Positions 10,859-19,326 are shown, numbered from the stretch's first letter. The stretch: DNA of 52,617 nucleotides from Desulfobacterales bacterium (GCA_013375375.1 JABXJX010000004.1:1-52617), one strand, 5' to 3'. Numbers and translations are program-made. Notes: generated by a model from the letters alone, not told the origin.

Positions 10859-11008
10859 ATGGGCGGGAGATTTGGAAAATATGGTGATGCCAAGCGAAAG
10901 TCAAAGATTCGCAAAACCCGCCTCAGGACAGCTGCCCCTTACAATGATGATTTTACCCCTGAAAATGGGCCTCTAAGGCTTCAAAACACTAGGATATTAC
11001 TAGGTTAG
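10859..11008 (+). CDS. Basic junction micro-ORF, divergent copy (MGGRFGKYGDAKRKSKIRKTRLR...)
   Basis: First 23 codons align with the copies at 18811, 24046, 29018 and 30912. Confidence 0.45.
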   Translation: MGGRFGKYGDAKRKSKIRKTRLRTAAPYNDDFTPENGPLRLQNTRILLG

Positions 11009-11071
11009 CTTGACCCGACTCTAAAGAATCCTACAAAGTATATACAAGCCAAAACTCTTTACATATTTTTC

Positions 11072-11102
11072 TTGACACACACAACATGTTGTGGTTTACA
11101 CT
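11072..11102 (+). promoter_or_regulatory. Possible sigma70 promoter with perfect 14-bp palindromic operator
   Basis: TTGACA at 11072, CACAACATGTTGTG at 11080-11093, then an imperfect -10 (TACACT, long spacer). Confidence 0.4.
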
Positions 11103-11449
11103 TTATTTGTACACAATTAAGAAACCCCGCTTGTTGCAGTCCAATTACAACAAACAGGGTTTCAGTAAAAGATACCGGGTGAAACCCCGGCAGAATAAGT
11201 AAGCTGGTTACTAACAAAGGAGCGACATTTTGTCAACCCCTTTCTTCAGACCCAGCCCAACAACACGTTTCCCCGGCATCTTTTAATCCAACCGGGGAAG
11301 GGTGTGTCCAAGATGTGCATCTAATCAGTTTTACACGTAAAATCATTCGGTTAAGGTTTCTGCCAGGATAATTATGGCCTGGTAGCATGGTATTAGTTTT
11401 CTCAAACTCTGCCAGGAGTGGAGAGTATTCTAATAGGGGGATTATTGAA

Positions 11450-11758
11450 ATGCAACAAACACTAACTGCTCTCGAAAGCTGGACTTGGTATTCATTCGAC
11501 GAATACAATCTGTCTCTGGTTCCTGCAGTTTCCGGTGTCTATTGTTTGGGAGTGAATAATGGAATCATCTACATCGGTTGTTCCGCTGATCTCCACGATA
11601 GACTGACTGACCACTACTACACCAGCGACCCTTGCATCGGTCAGGCTACTCACTTCGCAATCGAGCCTTGTACAAACTACAAGGAGAGGGAACGCGAACT
11701 GCTGGAATGGTTCCGTTCAAAATACCACAGATTACCGGAATGTAATGACCGGATTTAG
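11450..11758 (+). CDS. Small stand-alone GIY-YIG nuclease
   Basis: VPAVSGVYCL...IIYIGCS.DL.DRL.DH...ERELL..F......P.CN. Confidence 0.75.
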   Translation: MQQTLTALESWTWYSFDEYNLSLVPAVSGVYCLGVNNGIIYIGCSADLHDRLTDHYYTSDPCIGQATHFAIEPCTNYKERERELLEWFRSKYHRLPECNDRI

Positions 11759-11823
11759 AGCTAACCACTAACCGGGGCCTTGCGCTGAAGCAGGGCTCCG
11801 CCCAAAATTACAGGAGACTTAGA

Positions 11824-12156
11824 ATGGCAAATCAATACAAGTACGGAACGGACAAAGAACAGAAAGTTGCCCGAAGCTTGAGATCGAGTGGCGCGAAGGT
11901 TAACGTAAGCAAAGGGAGCAGAGGCTCCGCCGACATCAAGGCCACCTTTAAGACCGGGACGAAATGGAATGTCCAAGTCAAGGCCACCAGGAGCGGAAAG
12001 CCCTCCCAGCCGAGTGCACACGACCTCGGGCGGCTGAAGCAGAGTTCAACCAAATCCCAGGCCACGCCAGTGGTTGCAAATGTGACGCCAGGGGGCATCC
12101 AATACAAGTCAGCCCGTTCAGGAAGAACTCTTAAGCCGTCTACCAAGAGAAACTAA
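11824..12156 (+). CDS. Hjc-like PD-(D/E)XK nuclease, very basic
   Basis: G..KE.KVA..L...G..V..S.GS.G.AD...VQVK pattern of archaeal Holliday-junction resolvases; aggag RBS. Confidence 0.65.
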   Translation: MANQYKYGTDKEQKVARSLRSSGAKVNVSKGSRGSADIKATFKTGTKWNVQVKATRSGKPSQPSAHDLGRLKQSSTKSQATPVVANVTPGGIQYKSARSGRTLKPSTKRN

Positions 12157-12283
12157 CATTCAACCAGGGCTCTTCGCGGCGGGTCCCCGACCGTTAAGGG
12201 ATGCTATTATGTATGAGACCACGAACAAACGCGCGGGGTAGCTCTTGTAATTGGACAAAAGGGGATAGTTGAGGTCAATCAAG

Positions 12284-12344
12284 GGGTCAAGTCTCCGTTT
12301 GACTCTTGCTGGGTTCTATCAAAGGTCAAACGGAGACTTGACCC
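12284..12344. repeat. REP-like hairpin, 20-bp perfect inverted repeat, left boundary of the CBASS module
   Basis: GGGTCAAGTCTCCGTTTGAC ... GTCAAACGGAGACTTGACCC. Confidence 0.9.
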
Positions 12345-12459
12345 TCTATTATTTTCTGCTTGACAGGAGGGACTATAGGATGTCCCCAAGTTCATCTGGA
12401 AACCGTTTACCGAGCTTTTTCGCTCTCTAAGTTTGGAGGGTTGCCTGCAGGAAGACACC

Positions 12460-13413
12460 ATGAGTCCAGCCAGACACAAATTAACGAAGTACTTTGCCGC
12501 ATTCTTTAAAAGAGTGAACCCCTCTCCGACCTATGAGGAAATAGCAGCCAGAGCTCATTCTGAGATTAAGGGTTTGATTGAAGACAAGGACGGCCCTGCT
12601 GGCGATCTCCAAATCAGATGCTTTCTTCAGGGGTCATACAGGCGAGAAACGGCAATCCACACAATCAACGATGTGGATCTGGTAGCCCACTGTCGTTTGT
12701 CCCACACATCTTCTGCCAATCAGAACACTCGGGATCAGATCTTCAGGGCAGTTGCCGATGCCATCCTTGCCAACAATAGGTATAAAGACAAGGTCAAGTA
12801 CCGAAAGCGTAGCATATGCATAAAAGTCATGCTCGAAGGTATAAAGGTGGAAGTTCTTCCCACGATTCGAGTTCAAGGAAAGGCTTATGAATATGAGCCG
12901 TTTTACATGTTTCAGCCAGAAGAGAATGAGAACATAGATGGCTTTTGGAGAAAAGGATTCGCACGATATCATCAGAGCCTCTGTACAGAGAAGAACGCCA
13001 GTACATCTGGTCTTTTTGTTCCAATGATAAAAGTATTCAAGCACCTTCGCTTTGTAGAATCTACCGTTTCTGAAAACGAAGCCGTGTCGTTTCATATCGA
13101 GTGCCTTCTCTATATACTGAAGAACTCTATCTATTCGGGAGCACCGTGTGAGTGTATTGAGGCGGTCCTAAAGGCCGTAGCCGGCTTTACCCCGGACAAG
13201 GCAGAACATTCGGGCATACGAAGTCCATGCAGGGACAAAAAGCTGTTCGATCCTAATGAATGGACCATCACCTCCTACCGAGAATTCAATCAAGCCGCTG
13301 CTAAGTGGTACGGAATTGCTGCGTATGCCAATGATCAAAATGACAAGGAAGAGGCAATACGAGCCTGGAAAGAGCTGTTGGGGGACAGCTATTTCCCGAG
13401 GGATCCCAAATGA
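12460..13413 (+). CDS. CD-NTase (cGAS/DncV-like, SMODS) cyclic oligonucleotide synthase
   Basis: FLQGSYRRETAI...NDVDLV, third acidic residue in VEVLPT, SFHIECLLY, C-terminal AW.ELLG..FP. Confidence 0.9.
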   Translation: MSPARHKLTKYFAAFFKRVNPSPTYEEIAARAHSEIKGLIEDKDGPAGDLQIRCFLQGSYRRETAIHTINDVDLVAHCRLSHTSSANQNTRDQIFRAVADAILANNRYKDKVKYRKRSICIKVMLEGIKVEVLPTIRVQGKAYEYEPFYMFQPEENENIDGFWRKGFARYHQSLCTEKNASTSGLFVPMIKVFKHLRFVESTVSENEAVSFHIECLLYILKNSIYSGAPCECIEAVLKAVAGFTPDKAEHSGIRSPCRDKKLFDPNEWTITSYREFNQAAAKWYGIAAYANDQNDKEEAIRAWKELLGDSYFPRDPK

Positions 13414-14375
13414 ACGTTTTCAAGATATTGTCGCTAGACGGCGGAGGGATGAAAGGGGTTTTTTCGGCAGCATTTCTTTGTGCCTTGGAGGAGAAGCTTG
13501 GCAAGAGGACGGCCGACTATTTTGATCTCGTAGTTGGCACGTCGACCGGAGGAATAATTGCCATCGCTCTTGGTCTTGGGATCTCTGCAAAGGATATTCT
13601 GGATTTTTACATGTCAGAAGGGAAACATATCTTTGGGAATAACGGATTCGTTCAAAGAGCAATCAAAGGTATCAGGGGTCTGGTCTCACCAAGACACGAT
13701 GTCAGACATTTGGAAAATGCATTGAGAAATCATTTCGGAGATAAGCGTTTGGGACATTCGAAAACCAGACTGGTTATCCCTTCGTTCAATCCCGCCACTG
13801 GTGATGTGTATCTTTATAAAACTGCACATCATTCAACCCTAAAAGAAGACTACAAGAAGTTGGCAAGGGAGGTGGCAAGGTCCACGTCGGCCGCTCCAAC
13901 ATATTTCTCTGGGAACAAGATCGGTTTGCTTACTCATCTAGTGGACGGAGGTTTGTGGGCCAACAATCCATCAATGGTTGCCGTCACTGAGGCCATCGGA
14001 TTGTTAGGGCGCTCTCCGGAAGAACTGGCTCTTCTTAGTGTGGGGACATCTTCTTCACAATTGTCTGTTCCAGAGAAGACTAGATCTTCGGGCGGTCTCC
14101 TCAGGTGGGCATGGACAATGAAAGATTTGTTCATGCATGTCCAGTCTATTACTGCACACAAACAAGCTTCTAACGTTCTTCGCCGTAGTGGCAGATATGT
14201 CAGGATAGCGCCCATCGGATCCGACTTGAGCATACGTATGGATGACCCTAAGGAAGCTTTAACACTAATTCCTTTTGGGGAGCGTGCTGCTCGAAATAGC
14301 CGGTCTAAAGTAGAGAACATGTTCTTCGCGGCACGGGCTCCCGAATTTGTCCCAGAATACACACTGACTTTATGA
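13410..14375 (+). CDS. capV: CBASS patatin-like phospholipase effector
   Basis: LDGGGMKG, GTSTGG, SAAPTYF and DGGLWANNP motifs; ATGA overlap with the CD-NTase. Confidence 0.9.
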   Translation: MNVFKILSLDGGGMKGVFSAAFLCALEEKLGKRTADYFDLVVGTSTGGIIAIALGLGISAKDILDFYMSEGKHIFGNNGFVQRAIKGIRGLVSPRHDVRHLENALRNHFGDKRLGHSKTRLVIPSFNPATGDVYLYKTAHHSTLKEDYKKLAREVARSTSAAPTYFSGNKIGLLTHLVDGGLWANNPSMVAVTEAIGLLGRSPEELALLSVGTSSSQLSVPEKTRSSGGLLRWAWTMKDLFMHVQSITAHKQASNVLRRSGRYVRIAPIGSDLSIRMDDPKEALTLIPFGERAARNSRSKVENMFFAARAPEFVPEYTLTL

Positions 14376-14429
14376 GATTTGGAGATTCCTGTTCGCATAT
14401 CATACTAGGAAAGAAAGGAGGCATGAGCC

Positions 14430-14603
14430 ATGGTATACGATCCTCACAGCGCTGACAAGGCTCTAGATGACCAAGAAGATTTCGACGAAATCGTCGAAAT
14501 TGATGAAGACGGAAACATTTACAAACCAGGTCGAGCTCCCCGTCGCTATGGTAAAAAACCTACCATATTAAGAGATCCAGAAGGGGAATACTGTACAGAG
14601 TAG
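14430..14603 (+). CDS. 57-aa acidic peptide, candidate conjugation substrate (below ORF-track cutoff)
   Basis: AAGGAGG 8 nt upstream; MVYDPHSADKALDDQEDFDEIVEIDEDGNIYKPGRAPRRYGKKPTILRDPEGEYCTE*; stops 6 nt before the E2 gene. Confidence 0.7.
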   Translation: MVYDPHSADKALDDQEDFDEIVEIDEDGNIYKPGRAPRRYGKKPTILRDPEGEYCTE

Positions 14604-14609
14604 GAAGAC

Positions 14610-15041
14610 ATGGTTAGATATCAAACAAACAAAGAGCTGATATTCATGGGCTCGGATTTGTCCCGACCAAGGATGACCGTTGAGCGAGAGAAAATGGACT
14701 ACCATTTTCCAAAATTCGGTTTCTACGGCAGTTCCGGAAAGGTCAAATCCGTTAGAGGATACTTGAGTACAAGCTACGGCAATTCCTATTTCGTGAGGAT
14801 AGACATCCCGGAAGTATATCCGTATGTCCTGCCCGAAGTATCATTGCCTTATGAATACCTACCATCGGGATGTCCCCACAAGTTTTCTGAGGATCGTATA
14901 TGTGTCATGAAAAACGATCAATGGTCCTCAACTTTGTCTCTAGCTTTCTTGGTAGGAAAAGCAGCTATCTGGTTAAATAAGTATGACTCTTGGAAGCGGC
15001 GCGGTCAAACTCAATGGCCGGGGAAGGGACAATCACATTGA
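14610..15041 (+). CDS. Stand-alone prokaryotic E2/UBC-like enzyme
   Basis: IP..YP...P.V...PH......ICV....W......WL.KY..W......WPG....H, with putative catalytic Cys in RICVM. Confidence 0.8.
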   Translation: MVRYQTNKELIFMGSDLSRPRMTVEREKMDYHFPKFGFYGSSGKVKSVRGYLSTSYGNSYFVRIDIPEVYPYVLPEVSLPYEYLPSGCPHKFSEDRICVMKNDQWSSTLSLAFLVGKAAIWLNKYDSWKRRGQTQWPGKGQSH

Positions 15042-15892
15042 CAGAAGAAAACAGATCGTCACTCGACTACAGCCGAATCAACTACCTTCTCAATCCTAAG
15101 GAATTCAAAGACGTTCGTGTCACTGTAGTTGGCTTGGGTAGTGGTGGTGCGCCTGCGGTTGACCACTTAACAATGAATGGTGTTCGTATCTGGGAATTGT
15201 ATGATCCTGATACTCTTGATTCGGTCAACCTTGTCAAGCATCCGAGAATGCGAAAGGACCTAGGGCGAACTAAGGTTGAAATACAGAAGGAGTGGATACT
15301 TGATCGAAACCCTCAGGCAATAGTCGAAACCTACGTTGAAGATGTCATACTCTCAGAGAACTTTATCGATTCCGTTCGTCGCTCTGACCTAGTCTTATGC
15401 TGCCCGGACAAGAAGAGCGTTAGAGAATTTGTGAATGATCAGTGCGTCTCTCAACAAGTACCGTTCGTGACGGCCTCCGTATTCCGAACCGGCATTGGCG
15501 GCGAAGTATATGCCTATATTCCTGACCGAACTGGCTGCTACAGATGTCTTCAGCTTTTCTCGCTTGTAAACGAGTTCAACTTGTCAGACGATTCGTTAGG
15601 GTTGACGTCTGAGGAAGAAGAGCGAATATATGGCCTTGGTGAAAAGGACTTTCATGCCTCTGGGTTATCTATTGACATTCAAACGATTGCTCTAATTCAG
15701 GCTCGAATGGCTTTGTCTGTAATCCTTCCCAATTCCTGTACTTCTTTGCCAAAGGTCAAAGGAAATTGGATTATTTTCGGGAACAGACCGGCCAAACATA
15801 TTTTTAGATATCATCTCGAAGTAAAAGAAATGTTACTGAAACCTCAGAAAACGTGCAATTGCCAGCGTAAAGATCCTGCGGAAGGAGACTAA
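15038..15892 (+). CDS. ThiF/E1-like adenylyltransferase
   Basis: VVGLGSGG, DPDTL...NLVKH, G.TK, GCYRC and C-terminal CNC; TTG start overlaps the E2 stop. Confidence 0.85.
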   Translation: MTEENRSSLDYSRINYLLNPKEFKDVRVTVVGLGSGGAPAVDHLTMNGVRIWELYDPDTLDSVNLVKHPRMRKDLGRTKVEIQKEWILDRNPQAIVETYVEDVILSENFIDSVRRSDLVLCCPDKKSVREFVNDQCVSQQVPFVTASVFRTGIGGEVYAYIPDRTGCYRCLQLFSLVNEFNLSDDSLGLTSEEEERIYGLGEKDFHASGLSIDIQTIALIQARMALSVILPNSCTSLPKVKGNWIIFGNRPAKHIFRYHLEVKEMLLKPQKTCNCQRKDPAEGD

Positions 15893-15893
15893 G

Positions 15894-17000
15894 ATGGGAC
15901 TTAGAGCCAGAAATAGGGAAACGAGACAGGCTGTTGGAAGTGTTTCAGTCGAGATATACGAAGCTGTACTCAATAGAATTCAAAGTACCATTGGAAAATC
16001 TGATTTTGAGGAAGGGGGCAAGCTCCTAGGGCGCTTACGAAATGACGGCAGGAATCTGTTAATTACCGTTGAAAGCTATATCGACTCAGGTCCCGGCGTG
16101 AGTCATTCGGCTACTCACCTACACCCAAATGGAGAGTATCAGGAAAGGGCATTTCGTCTTGTTGAGGCATTCGACTCGGAGATCGAGCATTTGGGTTCAT
16201 GGCACAGTCATCATTGCAACGGACTCCCAGAACTGAGTAATGGAGATATCAGTGGATATATTAGAAGTGTGAATAACCCCCAGTACAACCTTGACTATTT
16301 CGTTGTGATTTTGATCAATGGCTTGGTTCGCGGTAACCTTGAGAAACGATACTTTCTTTTTGAGCGACATAAGCTGAATGAATATATTGAACTTTCTGAA
16401 GGTCGCGATGTGAAAATCATTCACAGAACATCTCAACTTGACCCCATATTGGCTTCTGCAGAGAGCCTTTCGAACTCTCGAAGAAGGCAAGTTGGTCAGC
16501 ATTTCTCTGTTCAAAAGGAGAGGGAATTGCCACCCCAGAAATCCGTAAATCCATTAAACAAAATTCGACTGGAAGACAAGGAATGGATAATCGCCAGGTT
16601 TCCAAACGCTAAATTAAGTCGAAGCAAAGCGGACGGTTCTGTTTATTGGAATTGGTTCATATGGCGAGAACCAGGAAGGCTCCAGGTTAGTTTTAAATAC
16701 CCTACTGAGGCGACGATCCCGACTCCGGGGACGGCCTATCTTGAAATCCGTTTTCGTGACGAAATTCTTGTCTCAGAAGACATCGCACTGGACCGGAATA
16801 GATTTGGCCAAATTCAAAACCGTTTAAATTCTGCTGAGGCGAATTTGAAGATTAAATTCCAGAAGAACACGACCAAGACCGACGTTGTTAAGGGGACAAC
16901 AGGGACATTTTATCGAAAGATCGGGGTCAAACCTACACATTTGACAAGAAATAAGGGTCAAACAAGGGGTCAGACCTACACATTTGACAAAAAGGGATGA
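15894..17000 (+). CDS. JAB/MPN metallopeptidase with C-terminal E2/RWD-like domain; tail runs into repeats
   Basis: EEGGKLLG, SGPG, LGSWHSHH....ELSNGD; second domain RLEDKE.I..RFP...W...F.YP; last ~30 codons are repeat-derived. Confidence 0.8.
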   Translation: MGLRARNRETRQAVGSVSVEIYEAVLNRIQSTIGKSDFEEGGKLLGRLRNDGRNLLITVESYIDSGPGVSHSATHLHPNGEYQERAFRLVEAFDSEIEHLGSWHSHHCNGLPELSNGDISGYIRSVNNPQYNLDYFVVILINGLVRGNLEKRYFLFERHKLNEYIELSEGRDVKIIHRTSQLDPILASAESLSNSRRRQVGQHFSVQKERELPPQKSVNPLNKIRLEDKEWIIARFPNAKLSRSKADGSVYWNWFIWREPGRLQVSFKYPTEATIPTPGTAYLEIRFRDEILVSEDIALDRNRFGQIQNRLNSAEANLKIKFQKNTTKTDVVKGTTGTFYRKIGVKPTHLTRNKGQTRGQTYTFDKKG

Positions 17001-17392
17001 GGAGTTGAATTTGGGAACTCCTTTTCCAGTTTATAAGTAATCCTTTTAGGGACGGTTCGTGATGGCAAGAAGAAGGGTCTCGAAAGAGCAAAGTGCCGCG
17101 CGGAGTTCAAACGGAAGAGCACTAAAAAAAGGATCAAATCGGCCCCAACTGTGTAATTTCGGGAAAAGTTGGGGACGTTGGAAAAGTTGGGGACGTTGGT
17201 AGGTTTTGAAGGTTATCGGGGGAGTTTGAGGAGGCCCTTTAGTTTTACAGTTTCCAAGTAATCCTTTTATAGCAGGTTCATGAGGGCAAGAAGAAGGGTC
17301 TCGAAAGAGCAAGGTGCCGCGCGGGGTTCAAACAGAAGAGCGACAGAAAAGGATCAAATGTTGAAATATCATGGACGTTCCGGAGTTTTCCC
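16923..17392. repeat. Composite junction: tandem GGGGTCA ends, two family B linkers and duplicated GGGGAC ends
   Basis: ggggtca(a/g)acctacacatttgacaa at 16923 and 16966; gcaagaagaagggtctcgaaagagcaa.gtgccgcgcgg.gttcaaac.gaagag twice; ggaaaagttggggacgtt twice. Confidence 0.85.
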
Positions 17393-17411
17393 AACCGTTA
17401 GGAGAAAATAA

Positions 17412-17795
17412 ATGAATAATGAAGAAGTAAGGGGATATTTTGATCAATACTGGAAACATTCATCAGTATTAAGAAATTGGTTTGTTGCGTATGGGATAGG
17501 TGCATTGGCGCTTGCGATTTATAATAAGGGTATATTTTTTTCAAATCCAGAAGACAAAAAAGTATTTGTTAGTTTAATTGTATGGGGAATATCTTTACAG
17601 GTTCTTCTTACGTTTCTGAACAAAGTTATCCATTGGTTTGTTTATTATGGAAAAAATTTAATAGAATTCCAAACGACATGGCGCTACAAAATATCATATA
17701 AAATTTCAAAATGCTTTATTATTGACATCATTGTTGATTTCTGCACTATGATTCTTTATGCTCGGGCTTTATGGATTTTTACTAGCAATTTATAA
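17412..17795 (+). CDS. AT-rich small membrane protein
   Basis: 127 aa with about 3 hydrophobic segments; aggag RBS. Confidence 0.6.
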   Translation: MNNEEVRGYFDQYWKHSSVLRNWFVAYGIGALALAIYNKGIFFSNPEDKKVFVSLIVWGISLQVLLTFLNKVIHWFVYYGKNLIEFQTTWRYKISYKISKCFIIDIIVDFCTMILYARALWIFTSNL

Positions 17796-17799
17796 ATTA

Positions 17800-17976
17800 A
17801 CTCCTAATCGGGTTAAGGCAAAAAGTCTGTTGTGCTATTGGGCGGTAAGAGACCTTGATATTGGTACGGCTCAAATAGCAAGGCGATTGAATCTCTCATT
17901 GGCAGGGGTGAGCCAGTCGGTAAAGCGAGGAGAAACAATAGTACAACAAAAGGGCTACAATCTCATCGATCCTTAA
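17800..17976 (+). mobile_element. C-terminal HTH remnant of an IS200/Y1 REP-associated tyrosine transposase (RAYT-like)
   Basis: RVKAKSLLCYWAVRDL.....IARRLNLS..GVS.SVKRGE resembles the C-terminal HTH of deltaproteobacterial Y1 transposases; followed by an aagggcgtcccc end motif. Confidence 0.6.
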
Positions 17977-18067
17977 GCCTAAAACTGTAAATGTGGAAAT
18001 GTAAAGGGCGTCCCCAAACTTCTACGCCGTTTCGAACCAATTTAGACGTGTTGTATGACGGCCGCTC

Positions 18068-18152
18068 AAGAGAATGGGGTCAAACCTTGATCAGTGATTA
18101 ACATACCGAAGGTTTGGGCTTGATCACAAATCAAGGTTTGACCCCATCTATC
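18068..18152. repeat. 85-bp REP-like hairpin element, identical to 26041-26125
   Basis: 18-bp perfect IR ATGGGGTCAAACCTTGAT/ATCAAGGTTTGACCCCAT. Confidence 0.9.
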
Positions 18153-18232
18153 GCCATCTATCAGACAAAGGGCAATATAAAGGTGGATACTTATTAAATG
18201 CCTATAGACTAGCCTATTTTTTTGCTGATTAC

Positions 18233-18760
18233 ATGAAATTCCTGCTTAATAAACCAAAAACAACAATCCATGTGGAAGATTTAAAACGAATCAGTGAATA
18301 CTTTGAACTTATAAAACAGGTTAAGGATTCATATTCAAATCTGTATCGGTCATTTCGATCATTCGAAGACTTAAAGACCATTCCAGATATGTCAGACCTT
18401 AAGGTGCTTGGCTATTTCTCCATTATCGAAGCACTAATAACCCATGCACCGAAACTCGCTGAGCCAATGGACTCATTAAATCATCAACTTAGAACCAAAG
18501 TGCCACTACTAAGAAAACGATTCGAAAGGGAGATTAGTTACCAAGACTATTTTGAGCGCGCGAAGGAGGAGAATATTTGGACAAAGCTCTATCAATTTAG
18601 AAGCTGCATCGCTCATGGTGCAGAACCAAACTTTAGTAAGGACCTAAATGTCCTGCGAACCTGTAATGATATCTCACTTTTTCTACAGGAATTGACAAAG
18701 TTGTTGCTTATTTATACTTTGAAGGACCCTGGGTTTGTTTCCGATCTGAAAAAGTGCTGA
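18233..18760 (+). CDS. ApeA-like HEPN domain protein, probably 5'-truncated
   Basis: YFSIIEALITH...KLYQFRSCIAHG (RxxxxH); the frame stays open upstream into the hairpin, with no RBS at ATG 18233. Confidence 0.65.
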   Translation: MKFLLNKPKTTIHVEDLKRISEYFELIKQVKDSYSNLYRSFRSFEDLKTIPDMSDLKVLGYFSIIEALITHAPKLAEPMDSLNHQLRTKVPLLRKRFEREISYQDYFERAKEENIWTKLYQFRSCIAHGAEPNFSKDLNVLRTCNDISLFLQELTKLLLIYTLKDPGFVSDLKKC

Positions 18761-18810
18761 CTTGGGACATTAAAAACCTTGGGAACGTTGTTGACTATAA
18801 GGAAGTGTCC

Positions 18811-18972
18811 ATGGCAGGTAGATTTGGAAAATATGGTGATTTAAAGCGCAAGGAGCGCTTGCGCAAAAACCGCCTCAGGCCGCCTGGCCTTCAACAGCGG
18901 GGAAAGAACAAACCCTTAAAAGGGTCTCGAAAGAGCAAAGTGCCGCGCGGAGTTCAAACAGAAGAGTGCTAA
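18811..18972 (+). CDS. 53-aa basic junction micro-ORF (MAGRFGKYGDLKRKERLRKNRL...)
   Basis: taaggaag upstream; same-length copies at 24046 and 29018. Confidence 0.55.
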   Translation: MAGRFGKYGDLKRKERLRKNRLRPPGLQQRGKNKPLKGSRKSKVPRGVQTEEC

Positions 18973-19185
18973 AATACCCGCAACTGTGTAATATCTACAC
19001 ACTGTTCCCCTCAAATTGTAACATTTCGTTACAGTATCTCCTTGGGGCTGGCCGGCCCCTTGTAAAAACAAAAGATCACCCCCGCAAATCCTTGACAAAA
19101 CAGCACCTCGCTGATACCCAATCCCTGATATTGCCAATGATCCATTAACCCGAATTATAGGGGGTGCCATGCACTGATTCCCAAG

Positions 19186-19217
19186 ACCCTGCTTCTCAAA
19201 AAGAGATGCGGGGTTTT
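19186..19217 (+). terminator. Possible intrinsic terminator hairpin
   Basis: ACCCTGCTTCTC-AAAAA-GAGATGCGGGGT followed by a short T run. Confidence 0.35.
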
Positions 19218-19326
19218 GTGATTTCTGCTACTCATGCTTTCAGCTTAACTTTTATTTTTAGGTTTGACCCCTATTGTATTACCGGTGATGCACGACGATT
19301 GGGTCAGAGAGAAAGGAGATGACGAC

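Noticed and set aside
12150-12200. attC-like TAAC...GTT after the Hjc-like gene
   Set aside because: Too short, with poor R-box complementarity and no L boxes; more likely a simple hairpin.
14423-14455. Alternative ATG right after the AAGGAGG RBS
   Set aside because: Only 1 nt from the RBS and gives 10 codons; ATG 14430 has proper spacing.
12460-17000. Calling the locus canonical type II CBASS (cap2/cap3)
   Set aside because: E1 and E2 are unfused, JAB has an extra domain, and the cyclase lacks a Gly/Ala tail, so those symbols were withheld.
16923-17392. Possible CRISPR array in the repeat cluster
   Set aside because: The repeats vary in length and spacing, there are no unique equal-sized spacers, and no cas genes are present.
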